Below, piece by piece: positions 1 to 9,459 of a DNA stretch of 64,000 nucleotides. A program made the translations under genes and the position numbers. Within the stretch, counting starts at the first letter, position 1. Each line of letters begins with the position of its first letter. Source of the DNA: Candidatus Bathyarchaeota archaeon. GTDB lineage: Archaea > Thermoproteota > Bathyarchaeia > Bathyarchaeales > Bathycorpusculaceae. The notes below the pieces were generated by a model, which did not search any database, had not been told where the DNA came from, and worked only from the letters and a program-made list of their open reading frames with translations. The stretch covers positions 32,001-96,000 of the forward strand of contig CAVYRJ010000001.1 in the NCBI GenBank assembly GCA_963770935.1. The letters are read 5' to 3'.

Positions 1-1
1 T

Positions 2-571
2 TTGCCAACTGAGAAGCCGTTGTTGCCGTTTTTGGGTCAGCCACTGATTGATTGGGTTGTAAAAGCAATTAGGGACGCGAAGAGGGTTTCCGAGTTTTAT
101 GTTATAACCAGTGCAAATACAACTGAAACCGAGAAACACTGCTTAGCTAACGGTTGGAAGGTTCTGCGTACAGACGCCAAAGGATACCACAACGACCTAA
201 AACAAGCCGTCATGAAGGCTGATTTGATGGGTCCAGTGCTCACGATGCCAGCAGATGTACCAGCAATAACAGGAAAATTTCTTGACAAAGTAATCAGCGA
301 ATTTGAGGTCTGTGGAAAAGATTTCTTGGCGGTTTTTGTCCCAATCAAAGCACGACAGGACTTGGGGCTCTCCATTTCCTCCACCGACGAGTACAAGAAC
401 GTGTGGTATGCAGTTTCAGGTGTGAACATCATAAACGGCGCCAAAATCCAAGGCACTGGAAAAATCGAAACCAGTGCCATAATCACCGAGGAAACCGAGG
501 TGCTTTTGAACATCAACACGGTCAAGGACTTGGATATAGCCGAGAAACTAATGATGACAAAGAAAGACTAA
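2..571 (+). CDS. cobY: GTP:adenosylcobinamide-phosphate guanylyltransferase (NTP_transf_3 family), probably 5'-truncated by window edge
   Basis: EKPLL...PLIDWV, GYHNDL, PADVP, GVNII and LLNINTVKDL motifs typical of archaeal CobY/MobA-like nucleotidyltransferases. The N-terminal AGG motif would lie outside the window. Confidence 0.75.
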   Translation: MPTEKPLLPFLGQPLIDWVVKAIRDAKRVSEFYVITSANTTETEKHCLANGWKVLRTDAKGYHNDLKQAVMKADLMGPVLTMPADVPAITGKFLDKVISEFEVCGKDFLAVFVPIKARQDLGLSISSTDEYKNVWYAVSGVNIINGAKIQGTGKIETSAIITEETEVLLNINTVKDLDIAEKLMMTKKD

Positions 572-662
572 AAACCCATTTTTCAGCGCAATTGGTATTT
601 ATAGTTTGCAAACCATACTTGTGGCGGTATTTTCCAGATGGGGAAGGATTTAGGGATAAAAC

Positions 663-2597
663 ATGATTAAACTGCCAAGCCAAGTTGCAGATTACTTCCC
701 CTATGAAAACGTACGACCCCACCAAGACGAATTCATAACCACCGTTTACAACGCCGTCGCCAGCAGACGTTCAGTTTTAATTGAAGGCAGCAACGGCCTA
801 GGAAAAACAATTTCAGCACTTTCTGCTGTGTTGCCAGTAGCAATCGAAAAAAAACTCAAAATTCTCTACGTCGCGCGCACCCACCGCCAACATGACCGCG
901 TCATCGAAGAGCTACGAGCAGTTTTCAGGAAACACCAAATTTCAGGACTCTCTATCCGTGGGCGCAACGAAATGTGCCTCAACGTCTTTGCTGCAAGAGG
1001 CGCTTTCGATTCCAAGTCACTTATGGAAGTCTGCGAACTCCTCAAAGCTAAAAGCAGATGCCCCTACTACACCAATGTGGAAGACCGCACATACGATTAC
1101 ATGCAGCTTCAACAACAAGTAGCCAGCCGACCATATATGGGCTCCGAAATCCAACGGATATGCAAGAAAAAAGAGGTCTGCCCCTACGAGCTCGTGAAAG
1201 CTGGACTTTCAGATGTCAAAGTCATTGCTTTGAGCTACCTTTACGTCTTTGACCCCGTTATCCGCACAGCTTTCCTTAAAAACCTGGAGACGGAACTTCA
1301 AAAAATCATTCTAATCGTTGACGAAGCACACAATTTGCCTGAAACCGCCATCGACATCTCAGGTAGCGCCCTATCGCTGTTTGTAATGAGAGCGGCAGAA
1401 ATGGAAGCCAACCGCTTCGGACACAAAGATATCGAAGAGTTCGCCAATTTCTTTAGGACTGAAGTGGAAAAAATAACAGATAAAATAAGTCGAGAAGAAA
1501 TAATTCCTGCCAACAGCATCATTGATATAATCCAAAAACAGGGAAACATTACGCACCTTAGAGAGTTCTTTGAACACATGCATGAAGCGGGTGCTGCAAT
1601 TAAGAAGAGTTTGTTGGCTGAAGGCAAAAATCCAAGGTCCTATGTTCACTCTATGAGTGAATTTCTCCTCAAATGGAACGATACCTTGGATGACGGTTCT
1701 TTCATAAATGTTGCCAGCCGATACTTCAACAAAGAAAACAACAAAACCGCTAAGCTCGAAATAGTGGCGCTTGATCCCTCGAAGGTCACGCAACCCGTTT
1801 TCTCATCCACCTATGCTAACGTCATTATGTCGGGGACTCTTCAGCCGCTGGAAGCATTTGCGAGAATTACGCGATTACCCGAAAGCACCGTGAAGTTTCT
1901 TGCGCCCTCACCCTTTCCAAGGGACCATGTTTTCTCAGCCGTCTGTTGCGGTGTCACAACTTCAATGGAGAAAAGAACCCCTCAAATGTACCAAACCTTG
2001 GTTGAACGCATAAACGAAGTTGTTAACAGCACCCCAACCAACACAGGCGTCTTCGCAGCCTCCTTCCAAGTCTTAAACGCACTACTAGCTGAAGGCTTAG
2101 AAAATACTCTCTTAAAACCCCTGTTTCATGAACGCAAAGGCATGACGTCAAAAGCTAATGAGAAAATGGTTCAAGACTTCAAAGCTTGTGGCGATAAAGG
2201 CGGCGCTGTCTTTTTGGGTGTACAAGGCGGCAGGACATCGGAGGGTGTGGATTTTCCAGGTAACCAAATGAACTCGGTGGTGGTTGTTGGTGTGCCTTAT
2301 GCGGAGCCAACGCCCAGAGTTAAAGCGCAGATTGAGTACTATGACAAATGTTTCCCAGGACTTGGACGCGAATACGGCTACGTTTTGCCCGCCATGAAAA
2401 AAGCGTCGCAGGCAGCAGGGAGACCAATAAGAACGCTTGATGACCGAGGTGCCATCGTGTTCTTAGACTACCGTTTCTCCACAAGCTACTGCAAAAGTTT
2501 CCTGCCATCATGGATAACCAACGGAATGAAAGTTTTACCCGACAAAAAAGACGTTTTAGCAACCGAAGTCAGCAATTTTTTTAGAACACAGTCCTAA
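663..2597 (+). CDS. xpd: XPD/Rad3 family Fe-S ATP-dependent DNA helicase
   Basis: Q motif (RPHQ), Walker A GLGKT, four Fe-S Cys (EMC, VC, RCPYY, VCPYE), DEAH, SGTL, EGVDF, QAAGRPIR. Confidence 0.92.
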   Translation: MIKLPSQVADYFPYENVRPHQDEFITTVYNAVASRRSVLIEGSNGLGKTISALSAVLPVAIEKKLKILYVARTHRQHDRVIEELRAVFRKHQISGLSIRGRNEMCLNVFAARGAFDSKSLMEVCELLKAKSRCPYYTNVEDRTYDYMQLQQQVASRPYMGSEIQRICKKKEVCPYELVKAGLSDVKVIALSYLYVFDPVIRTAFLKNLETELQKIILIVDEAHNLPETAIDISGSALSLFVMRAAEMEANRFGHKDIEEFANFFRTEVEKITDKISREEIIPANSIIDIIQKQGNITHLREFFEHMHEAGAAIKKSLLAEGKNPRSYVHSMSEFLLKWNDTLDDGSFINVASRYFNKENNKTAKLEIVALDPSKVTQPVFSSTYANVIMSGTLQPLEAFARITRLPESTVKFLAPSPFPRDHVFSAVCCGVTTSMEKRTPQMYQTLVERINEVVNSTPTNTGVFAASFQVLNALLAEGLENTLLKPLFHERKGMTSKANEKMVQDFKACGDKGGAVFLGVQGGRTSEGVDFPGNQMNSVVVVGVPYAEPTPRVKAQIEYYDKCFPGLGREYGYVLPAMKKASQAAGRPIRTLDDRGAIVFLDYRFSTSYCKSFLPSWITNGMKVLPDKKDVLATEVSNFFRTQS

Positions 2598-3673
2598 GAT
2601 TCCTGAAGCTTCTGGTTTACGACAACTTTTCCGATAATTATCTTTAAGGGTTTAGCTGAAACTGCAGTTTGGACTTTTAGCACTTTCCTTACAGGGTTAA
2701 TTTCCCTTAGCACACCAATTCCTAAAAACTTGCTTCCTCGACCACACAACCCAACAAGTAAGCCTTTCTCAGGTTCCTGAGTGATTGGGATGGCACTTCT
2801 GGGTTCGATTGTCACTTGGCTCTTTGGGTAGCACTGCAACTTCGCATTTCTGAGGTATCTAGAATAGGTCATTTCGCGAAGAATCTTGCGTTTCTCTGCT
2901 GTTCTCTGACTAAGAGCAGAGGAGGATTCAACAACCACCACTGGAATAGTTAACTCTGCAATCAGGGGCCCAAGTTCATCTTCCATCTGAACCCCAACTA
3001 TAACATCGGGCTTAATCGCATCAATCAAGGCAGCTTTGTATTTAATAGCGACATCACCGCTAACCCAGCCATCAGTATTAACTAAGACAAAATCCGCTTG
3101 CTGCTGAAAAATCTCAGCCTTCATAGCAGTTAACCCCTCAATCACCTTCGCTATTGCCTTTATCGGCGAGGTAACTCCCACAAAAAAGGCATTCTTTAGC
3201 TTTAAATCGTACAGGTCAGCGACACACTTTGATGTTAAGGCATAACCAATCGTCGCTGACGGACCAATGTCAGATTGACCTAAGTCACCATCTAAAACCG
3301 CTACTTTGGATTTCCCGTCAATTAGATTATTTAACAGGTAGGTGCAAAGGCTACTTTTGCCACAGTCAGCTGCCCCCAAAAGTAAAACAACAACAGGGCG
3401 TTTCACCAAACCCAAAATTGCTTCTACGGGTTTTTTCCATGATGCTGGAATTGTACCGCCAATGGTTTCTGCTACGCTTGCGTTGGCACCCAACGAAACA
3501 TCAACAACTGCTTTTTCAACAGCAAAAAACGGCAGGCGCTTTCCTTCCCTAACTACAATCCGCTGGGAAACCTTTATTGGGCAACCAAAAACTTCTGCTT
3601 TTCCAGAAACAAGCTTAGCCGACGCTGGACCATTTACTAACAATGTTCTATTGGGTTCGACAGTTTGCTGCAA
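2594..3673 (-). CDS. Clp1/Grc3 family polynucleotide 5'-hydroxyl kinase
   Basis: GAADCGKSS P-loop, DGDLGQSDIGP, NTDGW, and an RKILRE clasp motif. Confidence 0.88.
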   Translation of the reverse strand: MQQTVEPNRTLLVNGPASAKLVSGKAEVFGCPIKVSQRIVVREGKRLPFFAVEKAVVDVSLGANASVAETIGGTIPASWKKPVEAILGLVKRPVVVLLLGAADCGKSSLCTYLLNNLIDGKSKVAVLDGDLGQSDIGPSATIGYALTSKCVADLYDLKLKNAFFVGVTSPIKAIAKVIEGLTAMKAEIFQQQADFVLVNTDGWVSGDVAIKYKAALIDAIKPDVIVGVQMEDELGPLIAELTIPVVVVESSSALSQRTAEKRKILREMTYSRYLRNAKLQCYPKSQVTIEPRSAIPITQEPEKGLLVGLCGRGSKFLGIGVLREINPVRKVLKVQTAVSAKPLKIIIGKVVVNQKLQES

Positions 3674-4304
3674 TTAGTTTTCTCCTTGGAACAATGTTTC
3701 CTCTCCTTCCGGCAATGCGTGTAGCGGAGGAAATATGCCTGACTCCTCTGCTACGTTTGTTTTCTTTTAAAGGTTTGTTAGTTCCCGCTTCACTCACCAC
3801 TTCCAAAGCCACTTGAAGTGGCAAAGCATCATCTAAATCTTTTAGCAGTTCCTTATAGACTGGAACCCCGTTCCCAATCTTAACAGAAACGCTGGTAACT
3901 GCAAAGTCAACGTTTCTCAACACCTTAAGTATGCTGTCAATCACTTCTTTAGTGCTAAAGCAGTTCCCTTCCTCAATAACTTTTCCATCAGCCACAGCAA
4001 CCAACCCAATTGCAACACCCGGATCAACACCGAACACGATTTTCCCGAAGGCTTCCTTGCCCAATAGCAATACCTTTACTTGCTCAACTAAACTGTCGAT
4101 CTCATCTTGACCATGAAAAACCAAGATTTTTTCATGATTCACCAGACGCTTTTCCTGCTCAGTTGTTAATACTACCTTTATTTTGGCAGGCACTGATTCT
4201 CCCGGAATTAGACTGACAAAGGGAATGTCGTGTTCTCTTAGTTTGTTAACGATGAGGAAGTAAGTTTTGCCTTGAACTGTAGCAACCGCCACTTTTTCTT
4301 TCAT
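3648..4304 (-). CDS. Conserved archaeal protein with RNase H-like (YqgF/RuvX-like) C-terminal domain
   Basis: FGVDPG..IGLVAVADG, VKIGNG and VSEAGT motifs. Overlaps the Clp1 ORF. Confidence 0.6.
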   Translation of the reverse strand: MKEKVAVATVQGKTYFLIVNKLREHDIPFVSLIPGESVPAKIKVVLTTEQEKRLVNHEKILVFHGQDEIDSLVEQVKVLLLGKEAFGKIVFGVDPGVAIGLVAVADGKVIEEGNCFSTKEVIDSILKVLRNVDFAVTSVSVKIGNGVPVYKELLKDLDDALPLQVALEVVSEAGTNKPLKENKRSRGVRHISSATRIAGRRGNIVPRRKLIAANCRTQ

Positions 4305-4380
4305 ATTGCAACCTTAAAGGGTAGATTTAAGTGCAAAAAACATTACTATCTTCAAGTTAATAATCCTTGACGTGTAAAGC

Positions 4381-5082
4381 ATGGTTAAAATCCAGACAGG
4401 CAGCAAATGCATTGACAGTAGTATCGGCGGTGGCATCTTACCTGAAACAGTCACCTTGATTTATGGTGAACCTGAAACTGGAAAAACCACGTTTGCCATG
4501 CAATGCGCTGTTAATTGCGCCCTCCAGAACTTCAAGGTGCTCTTTGTTGACTGCGATAACACCTTCTATGCCAAAAGGCTATCTCAAATTTCAGGCGAAA
4601 AGTTTGATGAAGTTGCCGAACGAATAATCTTGGTTAAACCGAAGGATTTTAGGGAGCAAACGGCAGTTGTTGATGGCATCCAAGACTACGCCACCAAAAA
4701 AGTTGGATTAATCATATTTGACACCTTCACCTCGCTTTATGGCGCAAAAGTCTGTGAAACATTAAGCAAGACAAAAGCTTTTGGCGTTAACCGTGAATTG
4801 AACAGGCAACTGGCTATCCTAGCGCAAATCACAAAAATCCGGAAACTTCCGGTCATAATAACAAGCCAAGTGCGCAACGTCTTCGTTGATCAGAGCACCT
4901 GTGTTAGACCCGTTGCGACTAGAGTTTTAAAGTTTTGGGCTGATACAATAATCGCTCTAAAACCCACCGAGAACTCCCAAATAATTAAGGTGACACTGGA
5001 GAAGGCACGGGAGATCAAGCAAGAACCCGTGTGTTATGTACAAATAGGGGAAAGCGGAATACAAGATACACAATTCCACTGA
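4381..5082 (+). CDS. radB: RadB-like RecA-family ATPase
   Basis: GEPETGKTT Walker A, LFVDCD, IIFDTF, TSQV. 233 aa, lacking the RadA N-terminal domain. Confidence 0.75.
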   Translation: MVKIQTGSKCIDSSIGGGILPETVTLIYGEPETGKTTFAMQCAVNCALQNFKVLFVDCDNTFYAKRLSQISGEKFDEVAERIILVKPKDFREQTAVVDGIQDYATKKVGLIIFDTFTSLYGAKVCETLSKTKAFGVNRELNRQLAILAQITKIRKLPVIITSQVRNVFVDQSTCVRPVATRVLKFWADTIIALKPTENSQIIKVTLEKAREIKQEPVCYVQIGESGIQDTQFH

Positions 5083-5099
5083 CTAATGGTTGAAACCCG

Positions 5100-5627
5100 A
5101 TGGATTTAGCCCTTATAATTGTTGAAGCCTTAAAGTTTATTTTCCCAGCCTATTGCGCCAACGGAACGCCTGTGCTTGCTGGAGGCGGAACAAAGATGGA
5201 TTTTGGCAGGAACTTTGTGGATGGCAAACGCATTTTCGGCAACAACAAGACTTTTAGGGGCTTCTTTTTCGGCTGGGGCGTTGGGTTTGGAGTGGGACTG
5301 GTCGAAGGCTTGGTTTTTGGCTTTGAGAGTTTCCCGGTTCTGTTTGCCTTGCTTATCCCTTTGGGAGCGCTTTTGGGCGATTTAACAGGTGCTTTCATAA
5401 AACGAAGAATAGGCATCGCGCCCGGCGGACTCTTGCCCATCGTTGATCAAGTGGACTTTGTTGTTGGGGCAGTCGTGTTTTCGCTTCCATTAGCTTTCAC
5501 AGGTTGGCAATTGGGAGTGACAACTTTTTGGCAAGTGGCGGTGACAGCTTTGCTGATAACGCCGCCGATTCACTTGTTCACTAACTTTTTAGCTTATAAG
5601 ATGAAGTTGAAGAAAAATCCGTGGTAA
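5100..5627 (+). CDS. carS: CDP-archaeol synthase
   Basis: PAYCANGTPV, DGKRIFGNNKT, GDLTGAFIKRR, DQVDF and C-terminal KKNPW signature. Confidence 0.92.
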   Translation: MDLALIIVEALKFIFPAYCANGTPVLAGGGTKMDFGRNFVDGKRIFGNNKTFRGFFFGWGVGFGVGLVEGLVFGFESFPVLFALLIPLGALLGDLTGAFIKRRIGIAPGGLLPIVDQVDFVVGAVVFSLPLAFTGWQLGVTTFWQVAVTALLITPPIHLFTNFLAYKMKLKKNPW

Positions 5628-5661
5628 GCTGCAAAAAACTATTCAACCAAGAAAAGACAAA

Positions 5662-6087
5662 TTATCGGCCGCCAGTTGCTTTGAACTGGATTGAGCCTTC
5701 CAAGAACACATATGCTAACAACAAGAGCGTAACACCTATGACTAATAGCATGTAGGCTTGCCTAGGCTTGTAGGCACTCTTGGAGCTTTGGTAAATGGCA
5801 AATAAACCAGCGAATCCCATCGCGTAGAGTGTTACTGAAATGATTGTATCGGCAACAAATTGTGAGCTGAGATCTGGATAGAGGAAGAAGAATTGTCCAT
5901 TGACATATGCGGAAGGCAAGGGACGATTAATTAAAGTGTACAGTCCACCGCCGAAGAGGAAAATTGCATAGGAAATCCCAACAACTATAACTATGAATGC
6001 TGAGGGCGTGTTTGTTGAGAGTTTGCGGAACCATCGGCTAAGCGAGAAGGATAGTGATGAAGAACTTTTCTTTAGTTTTGTAGTCAT
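5662..6087 (-). CDS. OSTC/DC2 (OST3/OST6-family) like oligosaccharyltransferase accessory membrane subunit
   Basis: 141 aa with three TM segments. PSA...FGGGLY.LI..P, FL...SSQFVAD, LYAMGFAG and LLVIG..LLLAY are colinear with the eukaryotic OSTC/DC2 pattern (compared by eye from memory). Confidence 0.6.
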   Translation of the reverse strand: MTTKLKKSSSSLSFSLSRWFRKLSTNTPSAFIVIVVGISYAIFLFGGGLYTLINRPLPSAYVNGQFFFLYPDLSSQFVADTIISVTLYAMGFAGLFAIYQSSKSAYKPRQAYMLLVIGVTLLLLAYVFLEGSIQFKATGGR

Positions 6088-6302
6088 TTTTGGTGCTCTT
6101 CCTCAATTAGGTACTTTGCTACTTCTTTAGCCCATACTCCAGTTAATGAATTTTTCTGAATCTCCGCCAAATACTCCACCCAAGAAACGTTTAAAGCAGC
6201 CTCCCAAACCCTGAATTTCTCCTGCACATTCTTAAACGCCTTAGAGTGCAACTGACAAAATCCGTTCTCTTCTGAGTCTCTGCAGCATATTTTACAATGC
6301 AT
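6084..6302 (-). CDS. Small CxxC...CxxH zinc-binding hypothetical protein (72 aa)
   Basis: MHCKICCR...GFCQLH. Its ATG overlaps the topA stop (TAATG) and its stop overlaps the next ATG (ATGA). Confidence 0.65.
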   Translation of the reverse strand: MHCKICCRDSEENGFCQLHSKAFKNVQEKFRVWEAALNVSWVEYLAEIQKNSLTGVWAKEVAKYLIEEEHQK

Positions 6303-8371
6303 TATATACCGTCTCCTTTCAAGGGGCAATCTGAATTAAGACACAGCTTCCAAGGTCGCTTTAATCGAAGATACACCGCTACAGTTGGAGAGCCGCAGCT
6401 TTTGCAAGCAGTAGCAAGCGGTTTAACGGTGCCAGTTTGAGGCAGTGGAAATGACGTGTTGCATTTGCCTTCAAAAAAGTTTGTGCAGCCGACAAAGCGT
6501 TTGCCAGATTTTTTAGAACGCAAAATTACCAGTTTTCCCTCATGACACTTGGGACATAAACCAACCGTACTTCCGTTTAGTCTTGATTTCTGAAGCGATC
6601 GACTTAACTGTGCACCCACTGCAGCTTCTTTTTCTTTGAGTGCAGAAGTAACAAGTGTTAGGGTTTCAATAGTGTTTTGAAGCGTGGTTTGTTTAGTCTG
6701 GGTGCCTTGTTGGATTTGATTCATTTCTTCTTCGAGCTTTCGGGTTAATTCAGGGGAAACAATCGTTGGGCAAAATTTCATAAGAACTTCTGTAACTTCA
6801 AAGCCGAGGTCGCTTACATAGAATCGGTCTGTTCCCTGCAGATATTTGCGATCTTGCAAAGTTTTGATGATTCCTGCCCGTGTGGCTTTTGTTCCAATTT
6901 CTTCCTGCTCCATCTTTGAGAGCAGACTACCTGGGTTATATCGAGCCGGCGGTTTTGTAAAATAGTCATTTAAGATAACCCGTTTTACGGCTACTTTTTG
7001 TCCTTCGGTCAAGGGCGGCAGGATTGAATCTTTCAATTGAAAGTATGGTTTGTAGAATTTAATCCAACCCTCCGTCAAAGTTCGGGTTGCATCAAAGTGG
7101 AAAAGGTTGCCATTTAAGCTTACAACTACATTTGTACTCTGCCGAATTGCTGGTTCGCCGAAAACCGCCAAAAATCTCTTAACAACCAGGTCAAAGATGT
7201 TTCTTTCAGCTGTGCCAAGGGGTTTTTCAGGCAGATTTCCCGTTGGGTAGATGGCTGGGTGCGCAGGGTCATATTTTTTGCCTTCATTAGGCTTCAACGA
7301 TGTTTTAGCGAGCAATTCAGCAGTGTGTTTAGCGTAGACAGGAGCGTTTCCGAGTTTTTTAAGTATATTTCTGTAACCAATTGTTGGCGGAAGCTTTTGG
7401 CTGCTTGTTCTCGGGTAAGAAATCAATGCGTCCAAATACAAATGTTGAAGGATGTTTGAGGTCTGTATGGGGGTGTATTTGAAGATACGGTAAGCTTCAT
7501 TCTGCACTGCTCCAAGGTCAAATGGTTCTGGTGGGTTAAGCAAAAACTCTTTTACGTCTAATGTTTCTATTTGGCCTTCCTTGGTCTTGCAAGCATCCTT
7601 AATCGCTGTGGCTTGGGCTTTGGTTTCAAGCGTTTTTTCATGTTCGACTTCTAGGACTGTATCGATTATGCATATTTTCGCGGTTATGGTCCAGTACGGT
7701 GTTGGAACAAAGCAATTTATGGTTTTTTCGCGAGCATCAAGGAATTTCAGGGTTGGTCCCTGCACCCTGCCCGTGCTAAGTGTAACGTATTTTCCGCTGT
7801 AGTTTTGGGCAGCTTGGGTTAAAACTCGAGACAGGTTAATGCCATATAACCAATCTATTTCATGACGAGCTAACCCTGCTTCAACAAGCGTAAAATCTAA
7901 CCTTGGCTGAAGGTTAGAGTAGGATTCTTGGAGATCCTCTCTTGTTAGAGTTGAGTACTTCATCCGTTTAGCTTCCGCTTCTTTGCCATCACAGGCGTAC
8001 TTTAGGATGCAGTAGCCTATGATGCTACCTTCAATGTCAAAGTCGCAGGCATCCACAAACCCCCCTGCGTCCTTGGCCAATTGAGCGATGACTTTTAGCC
8101 AAACTCGAATCCTTGATGCTTTTCGTTCAGCTTGGTACCGTGGAACCCATTGGTAATCAAAAACCGGATAGCCACGCCCTTTCTGCATACTTGTAATCGT
8201 GTATAAATGTCCCAGCGCCGGAACCACCACTATTGCACCGTTACGATATGCCTGATAATACGGGACGCCGTTGCTGGAAGCTTTTGTCGGTTTGCCGTCA
8301 ACATCTAGTGCCAATGCTATCCTTTTTGCAGCATCGGGTTTCTCCGTAATAACTAAAGTGTATTTTTCCAA
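6302..8371 (-). CDS. topA: DNA topoisomerase I (type IA) with C-terminal Zn ribbons
   Basis: TOPRIM ITEKP, DFDIEG, STGRVQGP, catalytic ISYPRT, IGTKATR, and CPKC/CKSC zinc ribbons. Confidence 0.95.
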   Translation of the reverse strand: MEKYTLVITEKPDAAKRIALALDVDGKPTKASSNGVPYYQAYRNGAIVVVPALGHLYTITSMQKGRGYPVFDYQWVPRYQAERKASRIRVWLKVIAQLAKDAGGFVDACDFDIEGSIIGYCILKYACDGKEAEAKRMKYSTLTREDLQESYSNLQPRLDFTLVEAGLARHEIDWLYGINLSRVLTQAAQNYSGKYVTLSTGRVQGPTLKFLDAREKTINCFVPTPYWTITAKICIIDTVLEVEHEKTLETKAQATAIKDACKTKEGQIETLDVKEFLLNPPEPFDLGAVQNEAYRIFKYTPIQTSNILQHLYLDALISYPRTSSQKLPPTIGYRNILKKLGNAPVYAKHTAELLAKTSLKPNEGKKYDPAHPAIYPTGNLPEKPLGTAERNIFDLVVKRFLAVFGEPAIRQSTNVVVSLNGNLFHFDATRTLTEGWIKFYKPYFQLKDSILPPLTEGQKVAVKRVILNDYFTKPPARYNPGSLLSKMEQEEIGTKATRAGIIKTLQDRKYLQGTDRFYVSDLGFEVTEVLMKFCPTIVSPELTRKLEEEMNQIQQGTQTKQTTLQNTIETLTLVTSALKEKEAAVGAQLSRSLQKSRLNGSTVGLCPKCHEGKLVILRSKKSGKRFVGCTNFFEGKCNTSFPLPQTGTVKPLATACKSCGSPTVAVYLRLKRPWKLCLNSDCPLKGDGI

Positions 8372-8507
8372 CCGCCGTTAAACCACACTTTAACATTCCA
8401 ATGGATTTCCCATTAAAAGCTTTACAGTAAGTGAGTCAAATAATTAGAACTAAAATTTGTTAGCAACCGATAAATATGCCTCATCCATGTAAATACTGGG
8501 GATTTGG

Positions 8508-8678
8508 ATGCCGCAACGCGTTATTTGCCATGGTTGCAATCATGTTTTATATGAAGGCAAAGATCTCAAACCACCAGACGAAATCATCGCGCAGCACGGC
8601 GGAAAATGCCCAAAATGTGACAGAAAACTGTCCCTGTTGCCTATGGACGTGGAAGTTAAACCCTTAAGCAAGCGTTGA
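8508..8678 (+). CDS. 56-aa zinc-ribbon protein (not in ORF track)
   Basis: Manual translation: MPQRVICHGCNHVLYEGKDLKPPDEIIAQHGGKCPKCDRKLSLLPMDVEVKPLSKR*. Two CxxC pairs; ends 7 nt before the next gene. Confidence 0.75.
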   Translation: MPQRVICHGCNHVLYEGKDLKPPDEIIAQHGGKCPKCDRKLSLLPMDVEVKPLSKR

Positions 8679-8685
8679 CAACAAC

Positions 8686-9378
8686 TTGAATGCCCCAACC
8701 GAAGCCTCGTTTGATTTGTCAGCTGAGACCCATTGGGAAATGGCAGCAAAAACCAGAATGGGCAAGTACCTAACCAACCTGGAAACCGATTTTATTTCTA
8801 AATCAATTGACCTATCCACAGAGAATATAACAGTGATGGATGTTGGCGCTGAAGCGGGACGCTTCTCGGTTTATGCCGCTAACACTAAAGCCACGGTTGT
8901 AAGCGTCGACATTAATTCTTATGCTCTCAAAAGGCTTAAGCTCAAAACTAAACAGGTTAACATTATCCAGGCAGATGCAAGACATCTACCCTTAAAGGAT
9001 GCAGTGTTTGATGTTGTTTTTATGATTGAAGTTTTGGATTATATCCCCGAACTGGAACAAGCTTTGTCTGAGTGTAAGCGCACTTTGAAGCCCAATGCTT
9101 CCACCATACTATCTTTTGGCAACAAATCAAGCCTTAAAGCGAAACTGAAGGCAATGCAGGGAAAATCATACCGCCACTCATACAAGGAAGCTATGCACAG
9201 CCTATCTAAGACAGGGTTTTTGGTGAAAAAGAAACTGGGGTACAGTTGGTTGCCATTTGGAAGGACTTCTCAGAGCGGTCTTGTGCCTACTCTAGCTGGG
9301 TTTGAGAGAGTTTTTGGGTTACGAAGGATTGTTAGGTTTAGCCCTTGGGTCATTATTCATGCAACCAAACCCTCTTAG
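8686..9378 (+). CDS. Class I SAM-dependent methyltransferase
   Basis: MDVGAEAG motif I, QADARHLP, FDVV, RTLKPN. Confidence 0.85.
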   Translation: MNAPTEASFDLSAETHWEMAAKTRMGKYLTNLETDFISKSIDLSTENITVMDVGAEAGRFSVYAANTKATVVSVDINSYALKRLKLKTKQVNIIQADARHLPLKDAVFDVVFMIEVLDYIPELEQALSECKRTLKPNASTILSFGNKSSLKAKLKAMQGKSYRHSYKEAMHSLSKTGFLVKKKLGYSWLPFGRTSQSGLVPTLAGFERVFGLRRIVRFSPWVIIHATKPS

Positions 9379-9459
9379 TCACTTGAAGCCATTCTGGCTG
9401 GTTTTGGAAAGCCATAAATAAATCGCCAATGTGTAAAATAGTACAATCGCAATATACAT

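Noticed and set aside
8476-8667. 63-aa ORF from the track
   Set aside because: Out-of-frame shadow of the much more convincing zinc-ribbon ORF at 8508-8678.
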